Assembly (NCBI GenBank): GCA_964291625.2
Contig: OZ220089.1
Location: 1,120,001 to 1,184,000 of the forward strand
Direction: 5' to 3'
DNA: 64,000 nt
DNA from: Candidatus Latescibacterota bacterium
GTDB taxonomy: Bacteria; Latescibacterota; UBA2968; UBA8231
Shown one piece after another: positions 28,650-38,003 of the stretch. Made by a program: the position numbers and the translations under genes. The notes under the pieces are model-generated. The model saw only the letters and a list, made by a program, of their open reading frames with translations. It ran no database searches and was not told the origin of the DNA. Each line of letters opens with the position of its first letter. The stretch's first letter is position 1.

Positions 28650-29441
28650 TCAGGCACTCCCCTCCGGCTGCGAGTGCCCGGGAAGCACGACCTGACGGAC
28701 GAAGGTGGCCTTGCACTCCACCGCATGGACCGGAAGATACGATTCGGCGCGGAACCGCCTGACCAGCCCCCGGAGTCTGTCGGCGGCCCGGCCATCCAGC
28801 GGCGAGTGCAACTCGTCGAAGGTGATGCACACCACGTCCGGCCGGATGTCCCCGTCGAAGATCGCCTCCATCACCTCGTACTCGGCCCCCTCGATGTTGA
28901 GCTTCACGAAGGACACCCGCTCGAGGTCAAGCCGTCGAAGGATCTCCTCCGGCGACAGGCACTCCGCCTCAAAGTGCTCGCTGGTATTCTGCAGATTGAC
29001 GATGGAGTGGCTCACGTGTTCCGGGTCCGAAGGAGCGTAGAATCGTTCCGTCCTGCACTCCGACCACACCCCGTACGGATGAATGGTCAGCCGTCCTTCC
29101 ACCTTGCCATCGATGCCGGCAATGATCCCCTTGCAGTACTCGATGGCCCTGGGCGTTGGGTCATAGATGTGGACCGTCGCCCCCAGGTCCCTGGCGAGAC
29201 CGACTTCAAAGCTGATGTCCTCGCCCGCCCCGAAGCTCAGTCCCGTGCGGCCGCGGACCAACTCGGCAGGTACGGCGTAACCGCCATAGGCCGACCCCAG
29301 GTAGGTGACTCCCGGCATCTCTTCCAGCCTGCCAACCCCGATGCGCCTCATGCGCATGCGGCTGCGGAGTGAGCGCAACGCTTCCCGCAGCGGCTGCGGC
29401 AGTACCCGTCTCAGGATGGTAATCGCACCCACGTGAATCAC
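28650..29441 (-). CDS. FkbM family methyltransferase
   Basis: LGSAYGG, SFGAGEDISF, YDPTP, KLNIEGAEY; the GTG start overlaps the upstream stop. Confidence 0.85.
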   Translation of the reverse strand: MIHVGAITILRRVLPQPLREALRSLRSRMRMRRIGVGRLEEMPGVTYLGSAYGGYAVPAELVRGRTGLSFGAGEDISFEVGLARDLGATVHIYDPTPRAIEYCKGIIAGIDGKVEGRLTIHPYGVWSECRTERFYAPSDPEHVSHSIVNLQNTSEHFEAECLSPEEILRRLDLERVSFVKLNIEGAEYEVMEAIFDGDIRPDVVCITFDELHSPLDGRAADRLRGLVRRFRAESYLPVHAVECKATFVRQVVLPGHSQPEGSA

Positions 29442-30412
29442 CCTTCCGGGCTCCCTCCCCCCCTGAACCACTCCACCGTCCGCCCCATCCCCTCCCGAAG
29501 CGAGACCCCCGCCCGCCAACCCAGGTCCCTCTCCGCGGCGGCCACATCCAGCCAGATCCTGGGGATGTCCCCGGGCCGCGGCGGGCCGTGGACCGCCCCG
29601 CCATGGTCCGGGATCAACTCACATAGCGAGGCATGCAGCTGATTCACCGAAACGGCCGTACCCGTCCCGAGGTTGTACGGCCCCCGCCTCCCGGATCGGT
29701 ACACGGCCAGCGTTCCCTCCACCAGGTCCGACACGTAGATGTAGTCGCGCACGTCCTCTCCGTCGCCGAAGATCGTCACCTGCCGGCCTGCGAGCATGGC
29801 CTGCGCGAAGATGGCGATGACCCCGGCCTCTCCATGGGGATCCTGGCGCGGGCCGTAGACGTTGGAGGGCCGCACGATCCCGTAGTCGATTCCATGGAGT
29901 TGGCCGTAGACGCGCAGGTACGACTCCACCGCCAGTTTGGAGGCCCCATAGGGAGACAGGGGTTCCGCACTCAGCGACTCCCGCGCGGGGAGTTCGGCTG
30001 GGCAAAGGTCGCCGTAGATGCCGCCGCCGGTGGAGAAGAAGATGAACCTCGGCCTGGCCTCCAGGGCCGCCACGGCCTGCAACAGGTTCAGCGAGCCGAT
30101 CAGGTTGACCTGCGCGTCGAGCTCGGGGTCCCTGGCCGATACGGCCACGCTGACCTGCGCCGCCAGGTGGAAGACCGCCGTGGGAGCGATCTTCGCCACG
30201 ATTCCGCCCAGGGAGCCGTCGCGGATGTCCGCCTGGATCAGCTCCGCCGACGGGTGGAGGTTGGCGGCACTTCCCGTCTCCAGCGAATCGATGACGTGGA
30301 CGCGGTGCCCGGTCTCGACAAGCCGCTCGACGAGGTGGCTGCCGATGAACCCGGCTCCCCCTGTCACCAGGACATGGCCGGGGGATGAGTGGTCTCGTGT
30401 CATGTCGCTCAA
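29438..30412 (-). CDS. NAD-dependent epimerase/dehydratase (UDP-glucose 4-epimerase-like)
   Basis: TGGAGFIGS, HLAAQ, STGG, YGASK, NVYGPRQ. Confidence 0.92.
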   Translation of the reverse strand: MSDMTRDHSSPGHVLVTGGAGFIGSHLVERLVETGHRVHVIDSLETGSAANLHPSAELIQADIRDGSLGGIVAKIAPTAVFHLAAQVSVAVSARDPELDAQVNLIGSLNLLQAVAALEARPRFIFFSTGGGIYGDLCPAELPARESLSAEPLSPYGASKLAVESYLRVYGQLHGIDYGIVRPSNVYGPRQDPHGEAGVIAIFAQAMLAGRQVTIFGDGEDVRDYIYVSDLVEGTLAVYRSGRRGPYNLGTGTAVSVNQLHASLCELIPDHGGAVHGPPRPGDIPRIWLDVAAAERDLGWRAGVSLREGMGRTVEWFRGGGSPEG

Positions 30413-30461
30413 CCTAACCCGGCACCTTGTCCCGAGCCAGGGTCACCGGTAGATTCAGCCC

Positions 30462-31661
30462 ATGGCGAATGTAGTGACGAGCCCCCGTTACTCCCGCTGG
30501 CGCCGCCCCCTCATCGACGATTTCGCGGTCATCGACACGGTACCCGATCCGGATGTCCTCACCGATGCGCCGTCGCTGGTGCGGCTGCCCGGCGGCGACC
30601 TGCTGTGCGCCTGCCCCCGTCTCGTGGGCGGCGCCGGCCACCTGCAGGCCACCCTCCAGCGGCTGGGACCCAACACGTTGAGCGTCTACACGAGCACCGA
30701 TCACGGTGACTCGTGGAAGGAACTCCAGCGGCTCCCCTTTCTCGCGGGGCGGCTGTTCCTGCACGAGGGGTCGGCGTTCTACCTGGGTGTGGGTCCCGAA
30801 CGCAAGGGCATCTGGATCAGCCGCTCCGACGACGGCGGCAGAGGATGGACCGGGCCCGTGCAGCTCTTCGAGGGCTCGTTCTACGCCGCCGCTTCCGGCA
30901 TGGCCGAGAGAGACGGCCGGCTCTACTGGGCCTTCGGCGCCGTCAATGCCGAAGGCGAGTTCAACCGCAAGGGCTCCCGGCTCCTGGCGGTGGCCGGTGA
31001 CCTGTCCGCGGACCTCACCTCTCCGGCGGCGTGGCGCCGCTCGGCCGACCTGGACTACCCCGGCACGCCGGCGGAGCTCCTGCAGCCCGGGCGCCCGCAG
31101 GACCGGGACCACTGGCTCGAGCCCAACGTCGTCGACACGGCGGACGGGCTGCGCGTCCTCGCCCGCCTGCGGCTCGACGGATACGCCACCCCGGGGTTGG
31201 CGGCGGTCTGTGATCTGACCGACGACGACGGGAGCCTGGACCTGTGCTTCAGGCAGCTCCATCCCCTGCCGGGAGGACAGAACCACTTCCACGTAGTCCA
31301 CGACGAGGTGACCCGCCTCTACTGGATGCTGTGCAACCTGCCCACGCGGAGCCAGGGCGCGGGCGGCCGCGAGGTTTCGGGATGGCCGGGTTTCCGGGGA
31401 TCCCCCGGCAACGAACGGCGATTCCTCATGCTCTTCTACGGCGTCGACGCCCTCAACTGGTTCCCCGCCGGCTGCGTCGCCCAGTGGCCGAGTCCCGCCC
31501 AGGCCTTCAACTACACGACGCCGCTCATCGACGGCGAGGACCTGCTCATCGTCTCGCGCACCTCCCGCAACGGCCGCGACCAGCACGACAACGACCTGGT
31601 CACCTTCCACCGGCTCCCCGACTTCCGCTCCCTGGCCCTGGACCTGTTCCCCGGCCCCTGA
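30462..31661 (+). CDS. BNR/Asp-box (sialidase-like) protein
   Basis: Asp-boxes STDHGDSW and SDDGGRGW; WLEPN. Confidence 0.8.
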   Translation: MANVVTSPRYSRWRRPLIDDFAVIDTVPDPDVLTDAPSLVRLPGGDLLCACPRLVGGAGHLQATLQRLGPNTLSVYTSTDHGDSWKELQRLPFLAGRLFLHEGSAFYLGVGPERKGIWISRSDDGGRGWTGPVQLFEGSFYAAASGMAERDGRLYWAFGAVNAEGEFNRKGSRLLAVAGDLSADLTSPAAWRRSADLDYPGTPAELLQPGRPQDRDHWLEPNVVDTADGLRVLARLRLDGYATPGLAAVCDLTDDDGSLDLCFRQLHPLPGGQNHFHVVHDEVTRLYWMLCNLPTRSQGAGGREVSGWPGFRGSPGNERRFLMLFYGVDALNWFPAGCVAQWPSPAQAFNYTTPLIDGEDLLIVSRTSRNGRDQHDNDLVTFHRLPDFRSLALDLFPGP

Positions 31662-31689
31662 GCCCCCCTCTTCGAGGAGGCGACTCGCC

Positions 31690-33789
31690 ATGCTTCTCCC
31701 CCGGATTCTTCCGCTCGCGGGGCTCGCCCTGGCCGCCCTCGCCCGATGCAGCGAGCCGGCGCCGCCGGCAGCCAGGATGCCGGCGCCCCCGCCCAGGTAC
31801 ACCGGCGACCTTCCGGTGCTGCAGGAGCGCGGCGTCCTCCGCGTCATCGTCCCTCCCGAGCCGGTGGACCATCTGCCGAGGTACGGCGAACCGGTAACCC
31901 TCGACTACGACATCGCCCGCGGTCTGTCGGAGGCCCTCCGGCTGAAGCTGGAGCTGGTCAAGGTCCAGAGCTTCGCAGAGATGATGACGAAGCTGCTGGA
32001 GGGTGAGGGAGACATCGTCGCCGCCAGCCTGACGATCACGCCCGAGCGGCAGGAGAAGGCCGCCTTCTCCCTGCCCTATCTCCACGTGGACGAGTACCTG
32101 GTGACGAAGGCGGGGGGCGACCTGCCGGCAGCGGTCGAAGACCTGGCGGGCCTGGAGATCGGGGTCCGGCGCTCCAGCTCCCACTACCGGACCCTGCTGG
32201 AGATCCAGCGGCAGGTGCCGTCCCTGCGCATCCACGAGGCGCCGGAGCAGCTGGGTATGGATCTGCTCGTGGAAGGCGTCGTCCGCGGCGACTACGGGGC
32301 CACCGTTTCCGACGAGCACATCTGGCGCGGCGTGGCGAACCACTACCCCGACCTGGCCACGCCCCTGGTGCTCGCCGAGAACCGCCCCATCGCCCTGATG
32401 CTGCGGCCCACCGACACGCAACTGAAGACGAGGGTCGACGACTACCTGCTCGCCCGGCGGTTCAGCCGCCACTCCCAGAAGCCCTTCACCGACGACCTGC
32501 CCGGACTGAAGGAGCGCGGCCGGCTGCGCATGATCACCCGCAACAACCCGATGACCTATTTCATACACCGGGGCCGCCAGGTGGGGTTCGAATACGAGCT
32601 GATGAGGAAGTTCGCCGAGCAGCACGGCCTGCGCCTCGACATCGTCATCCCCGACAGCCACGCCGATGTGCTGACCTACCTGAGAGAGGGCAAGGGAGAC
32701 GTGGTGGCCGCGGCCATGACGATCACCCCGGAGCGCGGGGCCCTGGCGGCTTTCTCGCGTCCCTACAACGAGGTGGACGAGCTGGTGGTGGTGCGCGCCG
32801 GCGTCGACTCCATCGGCAGTCTCGGGGACCTCGCCGGACAGACGGTCCACGTGCGCCGGAGCGCTTCCTTCTATACCACCTTGAAAGCCCTCCAGGACTC
32901 CATCGACCTGGAGATCGCCCTGGTCTCCGACGCCATGGAGACGGAGGAGATCCTCGCCGGCGTCGAAGAGGGCCTCTACGACATCACCCTGTGCGATTCC
33001 AACCTGCTCGACGTGGAGCTGGCCTACGGACGCCGGCTCAAGGCGGCCTTCAGCATCAAGCCCACCCGCCTGGGATGGGCGGTGCGCAAGGAGAACCCGG
33101 CCCTGCTGGCGGCCCTCGACCAGTATGTGAGGGAGGAAAAGGGCGGCCTCTACTTCAACATGATGAAGAAGAGGTACTTCAAGAACCGCCGCACCATCGC
33201 CAGGGCCAAGGACTCCCTGCGCGTCGATCTCAGCGGGCGCCTGTCACCCTACGACGAGTTGGTGAAGAAGTACGCCCGCCAGTACGGGCAGGACTGGCGC
33301 TTGATCACGGCGCAGATGTTCCAGGAATCGAAGTTCGACCCCCAGGCCTCGAGCTGGGTCGGCGCCCTCGGGCTGATGCAGATCATGCCGGACACCGGCC
33401 TCGAGCTGGGATTCGACGACCTGCGCGACCCCGAGGCCAACATCCATGCCGGCATCAAGTACATGCACCAGCTCGTCAGCCGCTTCGATCCCGCCCTCCC
33501 CATGGAGGAACGGGTGCGGCTGGCGCTGGCCTCGTACAACGTCGGGTACGGACACGTCCTCGACGCGCGCCAGCTCGCCCGCGAGCAGGGATGGGATGCC
33601 GACCGGTGGTTCGGCCACGTGGAACGAGCGATGAAGCTCCTGGCCAGGCCGGCCTACTACAAGCGGGCGCGCTACGGCTTCTGCCGCGGCGGCCAGCCCG
33701 TGCACTACGTCCGCAACGTGCAGAGCATGTACGACGCCTACGTGGGGATGCTGAGCCTGGCCTGGCCGGAGGCGGAGACGCGGATCTGA
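31690..33789 (+). CDS. MltF-like lytic transglycosylase with two SBP_bac_3 domains
   Basis: Two substrate-binding repeats (LTITPER, MTITPER); SLT motifs QES, GLMQ and ASYNVG. Confidence 0.88.
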   Translation: MLLPRILPLAGLALAALARCSEPAPPAARMPAPPPRYTGDLPVLQERGVLRVIVPPEPVDHLPRYGEPVTLDYDIARGLSEALRLKLELVKVQSFAEMMTKLLEGEGDIVAASLTITPERQEKAAFSLPYLHVDEYLVTKAGGDLPAAVEDLAGLEIGVRRSSSHYRTLLEIQRQVPSLRIHEAPEQLGMDLLVEGVVRGDYGATVSDEHIWRGVANHYPDLATPLVLAENRPIALMLRPTDTQLKTRVDDYLLARRFSRHSQKPFTDDLPGLKERGRLRMITRNNPMTYFIHRGRQVGFEYELMRKFAEQHGLRLDIVIPDSHADVLTYLREGKGDVVAAAMTITPERGALAAFSRPYNEVDELVVVRAGVDSIGSLGDLAGQTVHVRRSASFYTTLKALQDSIDLEIALVSDAMETEEILAGVEEGLYDITLCDSNLLDVELAYGRRLKAAFSIKPTRLGWAVRKENPALLAALDQYVREEKGGLYFNMMKKRYFKNRRTIARAKDSLRVDLSGRLSPYDELVKKYARQYGQDWRLITAQMFQESKFDPQASSWVGALGLMQIMPDTGLELGFDDLRDPEANIHAGIKYMHQLVSRFDPALPMEERVRLALASYNVGYGHVLDARQLAREQGWDADRWFGHVERAMKLLARPAYYKRARYGFCRGGQPVHYVRNVQSMYDAYVGMLSLAWPEAETRI

Positions 33790-33811
33790 GGCGAGGAGCG
33801 GTGAGGGGCCC

Positions 33812-34183
33812 TCACTCCGCCGGCGGCGTCTCCGAGGCGGCTAGACCGACGATGTTGCCCTCGATGTCCCTGAACTGGGCGTAGGTGACGGCCCCCGGGA
33901 TGACGGTGGGGGGTTGGACGACCTCGCCTCCGAGCTCGACGGCCCGGTCCAGGGCGCCCTGGATGTCGTCGACCTGCACGTAGATGGTGAGCAGCGAGGC
34001 GCCGTCCATGCTCGCGCCGACGCCGCCGCCGATGCCGTCGCCGGTCTCCTCCGAACCGACGAGGCCGTAGGGCACGTCCGGGGCCATGGGGGTCAGACTC
34101 CAGCCGAAGAGGTCGCGGTAGTACTGCTGCAACGCCTCGGCGTCCTTGCCGGTGATCTCGAAGTGCACCACGGGGTTTGGCAT
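33812..34183 (-). CDS. VOC/glyoxalase family protein
   Basis: VVHFEI, LFGW, D.EGN..GL. Confidence 0.9.
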   Translation of the reverse strand: MPNPVVHFEITGKDAEALQQYYRDLFGWSLTPMAPDVPYGLVGSEETGDGIGGGVGASMDGASLLTIYVQVDDIQGALDRAVELGGEVVQPPTVIPGAVTYAQFRDIEGNIVGLAASETPPAE

Positions 34184-34251
34184 GACCATCCTTCCTCGGT
34201 TTATTGGCAACCCTCGATGATGGAAGACGATAGAATAGGGAGGCCGCCGAC

Positions 34252-34857
34252 ATGACGCACCTGAACGAGATCGTGGACCCCTCCCTGGCCCGGGAGCTGG
34301 AGCAGGCCGGGACGGAGGGAAAGGTGGATGTCCTCTTCGCCTACATGGAGCGCCGGGGACAGACCTTCTACGACGAGGCCGTGACCCAGCTCGAGCACGC
34401 CCTGCAGTGCGCCAACGAAGCGCGGTTGTCGGGGGCCGACGACGTACGGGTGACGGGGGCCCTGCTCCACGACGTGGGCCACTTCCTGGTGGACGAGGAT
34501 GACCAGAAGGCCGACTTCCTCACCGAGGACCTGCTCCACGAAGAGGTGGGCGCCGAGTACCTGAAGCCCTTCTTCATCGAGGCCGTGACCGAGGCGGTGG
34601 GGCTCCACGTGCCGGCCAAGCGCTACATCTGCACCGTCGAGCGCGACTACTACGACACCCTGTCCCGGGCCTCCAGGCGCAGCTTCGAGCTGCAGGGCGG
34701 CTTCATGTCCGACGCCGAGAGGGCCGCCTTCGAGACGAACGTCTACTGGGAGACCGCCGTGCAGCTGAGAAAGTGGGACGACCTGGCCAAGGTGAAGGGC
34801 CTGGAGACCCCGGGACTGGAGAGCTACCGCGGGGCCGTGCAGGGATGTCTGAAGTGA
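34252..34857 (+). CDS. HD-domain diiron oxygenase (PhnZ/TmpB-like)
   Basis: YDE..TQLEHALQ, LLHDVGH, HE, LHV.AKRY, S..S..LQGG, LR.WDD.AK. Confidence 0.85.
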   Translation: MTHLNEIVDPSLARELEQAGTEGKVDVLFAYMERRGQTFYDEAVTQLEHALQCANEARLSGADDVRVTGALLHDVGHFLVDEDDQKADFLTEDLLHEEVGAEYLKPFFIEAVTEAVGLHVPAKRYICTVERDYYDTLSRASRRSFELQGGFMSDAERAAFETNVYWETAVQLRKWDDLAKVKGLETPGLESYRGAVQGCLK

Positions 34858-34896
34858 ACGGGCGGGATGGAGGGCCGAGGCCGCCGGGTGCGGCGC

Positions 34897-35700
34897 TTAC
34901 ACCCGCCCAGGGTAGGAGCGGCCCCGCACCTGCCTGAAGGGCGGCTGCTTCGGCGCGTCGGTGACGGAGTCGTCCTGCCACGACGTGGCCCGCATGTAGT
35001 GCACGGCGTAGCCGCGCCGGCGGCGGCCGGAGGTGTTGGCGCCGCTGCGGTGGACGGTGAGGCTGTGGTGGAAGCTGACGCTGCCCGGCCTCAGCGGCAC
35101 CGCCACCGGCGTCCACGGCTCCCGGCCGAAGTCCTCGTGGAAGGTCCGCAGGCGCGGGCGCTGCATCATCCCCCAGCGGTGGGTCCCGGGCACGAACTCC
35201 AGGCAGCCGTTGGCGTGGTCGGCCTCGTCGATCGCCGTCCACGACGAGACCAGGTCCATGGGGAAGATGTCGCGCCACGAGGCCGAGTCCTGGTGCCAGG
35301 GCTGCTCGGCGCCGACCTCGGGGGGCTTCATGAAGAGCTGGTCGCCGTAGAGCTTGATGTCGTCGGTGCCGAGGAGGTCGGCGATGATGTCGACGACCTT
35401 CGGGTTGCTCGCGTGGTCCCACATGACGTCGTCCTGCACGGCGACCTGGTGGAGCTTGCGCACGGCCAGCACCCGGTCCCCGACCTCCGCCTCCCCTTCC
35501 CGGTAGATGCGCTCGAGCTGGACGCCCCCGGAGACGTGCTCCGCCTCCCCCGCGGCGATCTGGTCGGCGCGCGCCGACACGGCCTCCACCTCCGGCGGCG
35601 ACAGCAGATCCTCCACCACCAGGAAGCCGTTCACCACGAAACGGGTGACCTGGTCCTGCGTCAGCGCCCTGAGAGTCCTTCCTTCCGCCGTGATCGTCAT
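34897..35700 (-). CDS. phytanoyl-CoA dioxygenase (PhyH) family protein
   Basis: FMKPP, WHQD, NGCL..PGTH, HRSGAN...RR. Confidence 0.92.
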   Translation of the reverse strand: MTITAEGRTLRALTQDQVTRFVVNGFLVVEDLLSPPEVEAVSARADQIAAGEAEHVSGGVQLERIYREGEAEVGDRVLAVRKLHQVAVQDDVMWDHASNPKVVDIIADLLGTDDIKLYGDQLFMKPPEVGAEQPWHQDSASWRDIFPMDLVSSWTAIDEADHANGCLEFVPGTHRWGMMQRPRLRTFHEDFGREPWTPVAVPLRPGSVSFHHSLTVHRSGANTSGRRRRGYAVHYMRATSWQDDSVTDAPKQPPFRQVRGRSYPGRV

Positions 35701-35843
35701 GTCGTCTCCATGGTGGCGGCCTGGCGGCCGTCTTCGGGTTGCCGGCGCACTAAGAAGGGCCGGTACGGAGTCGCGTCAAATGGGCGGCCTGGTCCGGGAA
35801 TCCGTCGGTCCCCGACTTCGGGGACCATCTGAGGATCGCGCCC

Positions 35844-36260
35844 GTGGCGAGATCTGACCTCGAGTACTGGACCCGGCGCTCCAGCGCCGGCACGGTCGCC
35901 GCCAACCTTCGTTGGGCCTGGAGCCTCGCCTGGGCCCATGGGAGAGCCGCGGTCCTCACCCTGATCGGCATCCAGCTCCTGCTCGGCCTCCAGCCGGCGC
36001 TGCTCATCCACGTGACGCGGAACCTCGTCGACACGGTGGTCGACGCCGCGGGCGGCGGCCCGGCTGACTTCGGGGATGCCCTCCCCTGGCTGGCCGCCTT
36101 CGGCCTGCTCCCCCGGCTGGGCTCGGCGCGCCTGTGCGACCGGATCCTGGTGCTGAAGGAGGGCCGCCTGGTCGAGGACGGCACCCACGAAGAGCTGGTC
36201 TCCCGGGGCGGGGAGTACGCGCGCATGTGGGATCTGCAGGCGGGGTGGTATGGTCCGTAG
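35844..36260 (+). pseudogene. internally deleted ABC exporter (permease N-terminus fused to ATPase C-terminal tail)
   Basis: The first TM helices join directly to RLGSARLCDRILVLKEGRLVEDGTHEEL...YARMW; no Walker A/B or signature motif. Confidence 0.75.
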
Positions 36261-37887
36261 ACGGAAGGCATCGGGCGAGAGACCGCACCGGGAGCCCGCG
36301 GCGCATACCCCCCGGGCACCGCTTTGGTCGGAGACTCCAAGGGCGCGCTACGGCATTCCACCCCTCGTGATGGCCGCTGCCCTCGCCTTGGGGGTCTGGA
36401 CCTTCGACTCCAAGCTCTCCCTCAGCGGCGACAACGCCGAGTTCATCGTCCTCGCCCGCAGCTTGGCCCAGGGAGAGGGCCTGTCCTACATCCACTCTCC
36501 GGAGCCGGGGCCCGCGACCAAGTACCCCTTCGGCTTCCCCCTGTTGCTGGCGCCCCTGGCATGGGCCTTCCCGGAGGACTGGGTGCCGATGAAGGCCCTC
36601 GTCCTGGCCTTGTTCGCACTGGGGATGGGCTTGCTCTACCAGCTGGCCAGGAGACGGGTGGGCCTCTGGCCCGCCCTCGCGGTGGTGGCCCTGAGCCTGA
36701 TGGCCGGCAGGAGCTACCTGACCCACGGGGAGGCGGGCGTGACCTTCGGCCCGATCCTTCTCCACTACGCACATCAGGTCATGTCCGAGATCCCCTACCT
36801 GACCTTCTCCCTCCTCGCCCTGTGGCTCGTCGACCGGGGCGTCGGGCACAAGAGCATCAGGCGCAACTGGTGGCTCCTCAGCGGCTTGGCCTGCACCATC
36901 TGGGCCTGCTTCATCCGCACGTCCGGGATCGCCCTGGCGGCTGCCGTGGCGGCCCATCTTCTCCTTCGGCGGGAGTTCCGGCTGTCTCTCCTCTTCGTAG
37001 GCACGGCACTCATCTGCTGGCTGCCATGGACACTGCGCAACCGCGCGGTCGGCGGCGGCAGCGTCTATCTCAAGCAACTCCTCATGGTCAACCCCTACCG
37101 GCCGGAGCAGGGCTGGCTCGACCTGCCCGGTCTCCTCGAGCGCTACATCGGACAGGTGGATCGCTATCTGAGGGGATGGCCCGAGATGCTGGTCCCTTCC
37201 CTGAGCGGCACGGATACCGTCCTCCACCCCGCGCCCCTGTTGCTGATCGTGCTGGCAACCGCCGCCACGGTGCTCTGCATCCGGCGGGGCGAGCACCTGC
37301 TCCTTCTCTACACGGCCTTCTACATGGGGATGTTGCTCCTGTGGGTCTGGCCGGGGGACCGGTTTCTGGTGCCTCTCCTTCCGGTGGTGGTTCTACTGGG
37401 GGTGTGGACGGTCCTGCAGGTCCTCGACAGACTGGCGGCGATGGGGGGTGCGGCCAAACATGGGGGCCGACTCGTGGTGTGGGGATGCCTGGCGGCGTGG
37501 TTCATCGCCCACGCCGGCGGCGTCAAGCACCTGTCCGACTACGCGGACGACGACTATCCGCCCAACTGGCAAGGCTACTACCAAGCCGGGAAGTGGCTCG
37601 AGGCCAACTCCCCGGAAGAGGCCGTCGTTCTGTGCCGGAAGGGCTTCTGGATGCACATCGTCTCCGGCCGGCGAACGATCGGATTCCCCTTCGCCGAGCC
37701 GGCCGCCATGCTCGCCCATATCGAACGCGAGGGGGCGGACTACGTCGTATTGGAGAGCCTGGGCTCGAGGCGGACCCGCGCCTACCTTGTCCCAACGGTC
37801 CGGGAGTACGAGGACCGCTTCCAGGTACTGTGGTACGACCAGGCGATTCGGACCGTGGTGTTGCGTGTCCTCCCACCCACCCCATGA
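36250..37887 (+). CDS. GT-C fold membrane glycosyltransferase (ArnT/PMT_2-like), copy 1
   Basis: SGDNAEF..LARSL, KYPFGFP, MSEIPY, IRTSG; multiple TM segments. Confidence 0.8.
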   Translation: MVRRRKASGERPHREPAAHTPRAPLWSETPRARYGIPPLVMAAALALGVWTFDSKLSLSGDNAEFIVLARSLAQGEGLSYIHSPEPGPATKYPFGFPLLLAPLAWAFPEDWVPMKALVLALFALGMGLLYQLARRRVGLWPALAVVALSLMAGRSYLTHGEAGVTFGPILLHYAHQVMSEIPYLTFSLLALWLVDRGVGHKSIRRNWWLLSGLACTIWACFIRTSGIALAAAVAAHLLLRREFRLSLLFVGTALICWLPWTLRNRAVGGGSVYLKQLLMVNPYRPEQGWLDLPGLLERYIGQVDRYLRGWPEMLVPSLSGTDTVLHPAPLLLIVLATAATVLCIRRGEHLLLLYTAFYMGMLLLWVWPGDRFLVPLLPVVVLLGVWTVLQVLDRLAAMGGAAKHGGRLVVWGCLAAWFIAHAGGVKHLSDYADDDYPPNWQGYYQAGKWLEANSPEEAVVLCRKGFWMHIVSGRRTIGFPFAEPAAMLAHIEREGADYVVLESLGSRRTRAYLVPTVREYEDRFQVLWYDQAIRTVVLRVLPPTP

Positions 37888-38003
37888 AGCACCCCATGCC
37901 GCCGAAGCAGCGAGTGCACCATCTCCTGCCCGCGGAGATCCGGAGCGCGGTGGCGGAAATCAGACAGCGAACCCGTCAACAGGGGAAGCCACCACGTCCC
38001 TGA
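37884..38003 (+). pseudogene. 5' remnant of the ion-channel gene
   Basis: 37884-37928 matches 41224-41268 at 41/45 nt (MKHPMPPKQRVHHLL vs MRHPMPLKQRVHHLL). Confidence 0.7.

Noticed and set aside
35807-35826. Hairpin GGTCCCCG-ACTT-CGGGGACC
   Set aside because: No U-tract and no second copy noticed; I cannot assign it as a terminator or REP element.
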